DNA of 64,000 nucleotides. Origin: Candidatus Poribacteria bacterium. GTDB lineage: Bacteria; Poribacteria; WGA-4E; WGA-3G. Below the pieces are notes generated by a model. That model had not been told where the DNA came from. It worked only from the letters and a program-made list of their open reading frames with translations, and ran no database searches. Location of the stretch: contig CAXXUA010000005.1 of NCBI GenBank assembly GCA_963663765.2, forward strand, positions 416,001-480,000. The letters run 5' to 3'. Position 1 is the stretch's first letter. Each line of letters begins with the position of its first letter. Positions 59,518 to 64,000 of the stretch are shown in pieces. A program made the position numbers and the translations under genes.

Positions 59518-60648
59518 ATGGCAACTGTAAAACTGGAAAATGTTACAAAACGGTTCGGCGAACTCACTGCATTAGACGACATTACACTTGATGTAAAGGA
59601 TGAAGAGTTCTTTGTCCTACTTGGTCAGACTGGTGCTGGTAAAACAACTACACTAAGGTGTATTGCTGGATTGGATAAACCTGAAGAAGGAAACATCTAC
59701 TTGGACGGTGTTCGCGTCAACGACAATACACCTGCTGAACGTGATGTTGCCTTCGTATTTCAATCCCATATTCTTTATCCACACCTCTCCGTATATGAGA
59801 ACATGGCGTTTCCCCTACATCCACGCAAACTCTCCTCTGAAGAGATTGATCGGCGCGTCAGAGATATTGCCCAAATGTTACATATTGAACATCTACTCAT
59901 GCGCAATCCCAATCAGCTAAGTGGTGGTGAGACACAACGTGTGGGACTGGGTAGGGCAATGGTGCGAAGACCACAAGTATTCCTAATGGACGAACCAATC
60001 TCAAACCTTGACGCAAAACTTCGTTCAGAAATGCGGGTTGAAATCAGATGGAGACAACGCGAACTTGGTACGACTACATTCTATGTCACACATGATCAGG
60101 TGGAAGCAATGTCAATGGCAGACCGAATTGCTGTGCTTGATTCCGGTAGAATACAGCAGTTAGGTACACCAGCAGAAATATACAACCATCCAGCAAATCT
60201 GTTCGTTGCAAATTTCATTGGTAATCCAAGCATGAACTGTGTCCCGTGTGAAATCTCGTCAAACAATGGAAATCTACAACTAAGTCTTCCCCATAGTGAA
60301 AACGGAAAAAACATAATTGCAATACAGGATTCACGTATTACGAACAGATTAGGTGATTTAGATTTGAAACAGAACTTAATCTTTGGAGTACATCCTGAAG
60401 ATGTACTTGTTAGTCACCAATCGGTTCAAAATGCTTTTCAAGCTGAAGTTTATAGTTTTGAACCACTTGGTGCTGATACTATCGTTGAGATTACATTGGG
60501 AACAGATGCAAACGGTTCACATACAATTTTAAAATCACGTACTGTTCCCAGCTTTGAAGTTGAAATCGGTGAGAATATTTATGTATCGTTTGTTTCTGAA
60601 CGTATACATCTTTTTAATTCAGATACAGGTGACACTTTACTTTCCTAA
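59518..60648 (+). CDS. Sugar ABC transporter ATP-binding protein (MalK-like)
   Basis: GQTGAGKT, LSGGE.QR, MDEP.SNLD and VTHDQ motifs; C-terminal TOBE region. Confidence 0.92.
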   Translation: MATVKLENVTKRFGELTALDDITLDVKDEEFFVLLGQTGAGKTTTLRCIAGLDKPEEGNIYLDGVRVNDNTPAERDVAFVFQSHILYPHLSVYENMAFPLHPRKLSSEEIDRRVRDIAQMLHIEHLLMRNPNQLSGGETQRVGLGRAMVRRPQVFLMDEPISNLDAKLRSEMRVEIRWRQRELGTTTFYVTHDQVEAMSMADRIAVLDSGRIQQLGTPAEIYNHPANLFVANFIGNPSMNCVPCEISSNNGNLQLSLPHSENGKNIIAIQDSRITNRLGDLDLKQNLIFGVHPEDVLVSHQSVQNAFQAEVYSFEPLGADTIVEITLGTDANGSHTILKSRTVPSFEVEIGENIYVSFVSERIHLFNSDTGDTLLS

Positions 60649-60672
60649 TAGGTATTTCCTAAGGACACAACC

Positions 60673-60807
60673 ATGAGTTTGCAGCTCAAGTTATTTAACC
60701 TTCTTCCTAATATCATCAAAAAAATTGGATGCCAGTTTCTACGGAAAATTGGTCGTGATCCAGATGCTTGGTTGGAAGATTTCTTGAAAAAACACAAAGG
60801 AGAGTGA
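60673..60807 (+). CDS. Small 44-aa hypothetical protein, not in the ORF track
   Basis: AAGGA RBS; MSLQLKLFNLLPNIIKKIGCQFLRKIGRDPDAWLEDFLKKHKGE fills the gap between two co-directional genes. Confidence 0.5.
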   Translation: MSLQLKLFNLLPNIIKKIGCQFLRKIGRDPDAWLEDFLKKHKGE

Positions 60808-60810
60808 TTT

Positions 60811-62445
60811 GTGACTGGTGGAGATATTCTCATTGAATGTTTGAAAGCACAAGGTGTTTCAACGATTTTTGGCATGCCCGGTACACAAAATATCAACATT
60901 TACGATTCGCTTCTCCGTCGCGGTAGTGGAGCAATAAATTCCTATCTGGTGCGGCACGAATACTCAGCCACGTTTATGGCAGATGGCTATGCTCGTGCGA
61001 CCGGTGAGGTCGGTGTTGCTATAACTGTCCCCGGTCCAGGGGCAAGCAATGCTTCTACAGGGATATTGGAAGCTTACACAGATTGTATTCCTGTCTTACT
61101 CATCACTGGACAGAGTCATTCCAATTTCTATAGCAGAGATCAAAGCAAAATGTTCCACGGTCTTGACCAAATGCGTTTTTTTGAGCCAATCACCAAGTAT
61201 TGTGCAATTGCTCATACGTTTGATGAGATTCCCATAGTTGTTGAAAACGCATTTAAAGCAATGCGTAACGGAAGACCTGGACCTACAGTATTGGAATTTC
61301 CGATGGATGTTCTAACTGCAGAGGGAGTAGTCAACATACCGCTTAACGTTGAGCGCGAAGATTCATCTTCACCAGACGAATCCACACTGAACAAAACTAT
61401 TGAAGAAATCTCCAATGCAGAATTCCCACTGATCCTCGCAGGTTCCGCTGTGATTCACACACATGCAAGAAACGAGTTAAGGTTATTAGCAGAGAAAATT
61501 AATGCACCAGTAATTGTCACTCGCTGTGCAAAAGGTGCATTGTCGGAAGACCACCCATTGGCACTACAGGCTTGCTATGGTTATTTGGGACAAGAGGTAT
61601 TAAAACGTTCTGATTGTTTAATTGGTATCGGACCCAGATTTACCTCCATTGATACACAAAGTTGGACATTAGAACCTCCCTCACCATTTATCCATATAGA
61701 TGAGGATGAAAACGAAATAGGAAGAGAGTATCCGTGTAATATTGGGTTGGTAGGGGATTTAAAACTCACCTTGCAAGCACTCATTGAAGATGTTAATGTT
61801 AAGCATAACGGATGGGAGAGTGTATTGCCACAACTTCGCGCTAAGTTCAACAAACAGTCACCATTACCAATTATTATCGACCTACAAAAGGTTCTTCCGC
61901 GAGACACCATATATTCAATAGATGTTCACTCTCTGGGATATGCATGTTTTACAGAGTTTCCAATTTATGATCCGCGTAACTTTCTTCACCCTAACATCGG
62001 TGTCGCATTAGGGTATTCTTATCCTGCAGCTATAGGTGCTAAAGTTGCGTATCCTGAACGTCCTGTTGTATGTTTTTGTGGGGATGGTGGTTTCTTAATG
62101 GGGGCAATGGAAATGGCAACTGCAATGAAATACGGCATCAACGTCATTGCAATTGTGATAAATGATGATGCGTTATCAGCCATAAAAGGTTCACAACGTC
62201 AAGCATTTGATGGACGCACGATTGACACTGAACTACACAATCCCGATTTTGTTGAATTTGCCGAATCTTTTGGTGCTTATGCGAGGAGGGTTGAAGAATT
62301 GGGGGATTTTCAACAGATATTACAAGATGCACTCAATGCTGGAAGACCTGCACTGATTGAGGTGATGATGCATGAATATCAAGACGAAATCATTGATTCT
62401 ATCGGTTGGTTAAATGAATATAGTCTTAGAAAAACATCTACTTAG
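60811..62445 (+). CDS. Thiamine-pyrophosphate-dependent enzyme (acetolactate-synthase-like)
   Basis: FGMPG, RHE..A.FMADGYARATG, GPGASN and GDGGF motifs. Confidence 0.9.
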   Translation: MTGGDILIECLKAQGVSTIFGMPGTQNINIYDSLLRRGSGAINSYLVRHEYSATFMADGYARATGEVGVAITVPGPGASNASTGILEAYTDCIPVLLITGQSHSNFYSRDQSKMFHGLDQMRFFEPITKYCAIAHTFDEIPIVVENAFKAMRNGRPGPTVLEFPMDVLTAEGVVNIPLNVEREDSSSPDESTLNKTIEEISNAEFPLILAGSAVIHTHARNELRLLAEKINAPVIVTRCAKGALSEDHPLALQACYGYLGQEVLKRSDCLIGIGPRFTSIDTQSWTLEPPSPFIHIDEDENEIGREYPCNIGLVGDLKLTLQALIEDVNVKHNGWESVLPQLRAKFNKQSPLPIIIDLQKVLPRDTIYSIDVHSLGYACFTEFPIYDPRNFLHPNIGVALGYSYPAAIGAKVAYPERPVVCFCGDGGFLMGAMEMATAMKYGINVIAIVINDDALSAIKGSQRQAFDGRTIDTELHNPDFVEFAESFGAYARRVEELGDFQQILQDALNAGRPALIEVMMHEYQDEIIDSIGWLNEYSLRKTST

Positions 62446-62508
62446 CAATCTGTGATGATAGCTAAGGAAAACCATGTGACTTACGTTTGACGAAAACATA
62501 ATCCTATC

Positions 62509-62763
62509 TCATAACACCAACCTATCACTTTCTTTGTATTCTGCAAACTTTTCAAGGAGCATAAGTTGTTCAGGCTGCTCAATAGGCTTTTCATGATGGG
62601 ATTTAGGTGCAAAATTCATTACTAACGCTTCAAGCATCGGTTTTCTATTTTCCTCTTTTGCACCGCCGTGATAAAAGTGCTCTTTGGTTAACATATAGAA
62701 TTCCGACCACAACGTCTCAAGAAATACATTTTTCCTGTGCTGATTGTTATGCCAGGTGGATAA
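62509..62763 (-). pseudogene. 3' remnant of a Dam/M.EcoRV-like adenine methyltransferase
   Basis: [12 protein letters not shown]...[30 protein letters not shown]; 5' part replaced by a family-C repeat. Confidence 0.6.
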
Positions 62764-62905
62764 CGGACAGAAGTATTACGCGGGCAAGGTATCCTCGTCC
62801 CTACGATGTCTACAGTTTCCTAACATCATGTAAGCTTTGATAGAAACTGGACTGACTTCTTTTAATATCAGGATTTCTACAAAGACTTTACACACCCATC
62901 AAAAT

Positions 62906-63299
62906 CAGGGTTATTCAGTTTTAGGAGTTTTCTGTTATTGAGATTTACTGAAAGTTAATACCCAAATGAGGTTTCTTAACTGCACCTTATACATCAATTT
63001 TAGATTATTGAAACATGAACATCGCTCTTTAGTCCCGACAAATGCCACACGCGCATTTGGCGTTGATTTGGTAGGGACGATATGTTTATAGAAAACGAAT
63101 ACCCTCCCCAGATCTTTAGTCCCGTAGGGACGATATGTTTATTCTTCTATGCCGTTCCTACGGAACTCAAGAGAGTTAGATAACATTTTTCTATAAACAT
63201 ATCGTCTCTACGGGACTAAAGACACGGCCAAGATGGCAACACATAAAGTTAACGTCATAGCAAAAAATCATCAAAAATACCTAAAACTGAATATCCCTG
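62906..63299. mobile_element. MITE family D, 394 bp, 20-bp TIR, 9-bp TSD CATCAAAAT
   Basis: CAGGGTTATTCAGTTTTAGG / CCTAAAACTGAATATCCCTG; TSD at 62897-62905 and 63300-63308. Confidence 0.85.
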
Positions 63300-63316
63300 C
63301 ATCAAAATATCGTCAC

Positions 63317-63345
63317 TTGACATAATTCACTGTTTAGGATATAAT
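63317..63345 (+). promoter_or_regulatory. Consensus sigma70 promoter
   Basis: TTGACA-17 nt-TATAAT upstream of the sulfatase RBS. Confidence 0.7.
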
Positions 63346-63366
63346 CGCTTTTAAAAAGGAGTTAGC

Positions 63367-64000
63367 ATGAACTTATCATCCCATCCGAATATTCTTTGGC
63401 TTTCTATAGAAGACACCAGTCCCCGATTTGGTTGCTACGGTGATCCCATTGCGCGTACACCGAACATTGACCGACTTGCAGCTGGTGGCTGTCGGTTTCC
63501 AAATGCGTTTTGTACAGCAGGTGTATGTGCACCGAGTCGTTCTGCTATTATCACCGGTATGTATCAAACCTCTATCGGTACACACCACATGCGCACAACG
63601 CATAGAAACCGCAATACACCAAATATGCCGACACCCTATTCTGCTGTGTTACCCACTTATGTCAAAACCTTCACCGAATATCTACGAGCTGCAGGTTACT
63701 ATTGTACTAACAACAACAAGACCGATTATCAGTTCACACCGCCAATTACGGCTTGGGACGACAATAGCAATGAAGGACACTGGCGAAATCGTGCTGATGG
63801 ACAACCTTTCTTCTCAGTTTTTAATCCTACCGTTACACACGAAAGCGGTATGTGGGATCGGGATAATAGACCTTTGAAGACCAACCCAGATGACGTAGAA
63901 TTACCGCCGTATTTACCAGATACACCGAAAGCCCGCGCAGCGTTGGCTCGACATTATGATAACCTTGAGACTGCAGATGCGCGTGTAGGTAGATTATTGA
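63367..64000 (+). CDS. Sulfatase, 3'-truncated by the window edge
   Basis: ATG 63367 after AAGGAG; PNILWLSIED, RTPNID, CAPSR and KTDY motifs. Confidence 0.9.
   Translation, partial: MNLSSHPNILWLSIEDTSPRFGCYGDPIARTPNIDRLAAGGCRFPNAFCTAGVCAPSRSAIITGMYQTSIGTHHMRTTHRNRNTPNMPTPYSAVLPTYVKTFTEYLRAAGYYCTNNNKTDYQFTPPITAWDDNSNEGHWRNRADGQPFFSVFNPTVTHESGMWDRDNRPLKTNPDDVELPPYLPDTPKARAALARHYDNLETADARVGRLL

Noticed and set aside
60805-60813. TGA of the 44-aa ORF is in frame with the TPP enzyme, suggesting possible read-through
   Set aside because: The TPP enzyme has a complete N-terminus and its own AAGGAG RBS; there is no Cys context or hairpin.
63428-63877. 149-aa ORF in the track
   Set aside because: It is an alternative frame of the sulfatase that starts at 63367 and runs off the window.

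Overview
This 64-kb window is from an AT-rich bacterial chromosome. Its gene content (sulfatases, PhyH dioxygenase, internalin-like LRR, WD40, HEAT and LamG proteins, a C-terminal 'K-A-A-x-x-W-G-x-L-K' tail) suggests a Candidatus Poribacteria-like sponge symbiont, which is an inference. Housekeeping genes include mtnP, rnz, mazG, nfi, fused glyQS, htrA, glxK, a tRNA Gly-Cys-Val operon, rpsO-pnp, gcvT-H-P and trkA. The main result is three probable selenoprotein genes that the ORF track splits at in-frame TGA codons. One is a secreted outer-membrane beta-barrel with a double-Sec U-G-A-U motif just after its signal peptide (34631-35740). The other two are tandem AhpC/TSA-fold lipoproteins with UPFC and UGIC motifs and matching SECIS-like hairpins, at the head of an operon with a Tat-exported DUF362 protein and a CxxxxC lipoprotein (54861-58073). 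The second highlight is two TnpB-only IS200/IS605 elements whose ends can be placed to the base (predicted TAMs TGAA and TTAT). Both carry a co-varying pseudoknotted 5' leader RNA. One element splits a host gene and the other sits inside the gcv operon. Intergenic DNA holds at least five MITE families (3-, 4-, 5- and 9-bp target duplications) that carry REP hairpins, plus decayed methyltransferase and antitoxin remnants. All family assignments come from motif recognition by eye; no searches were run.
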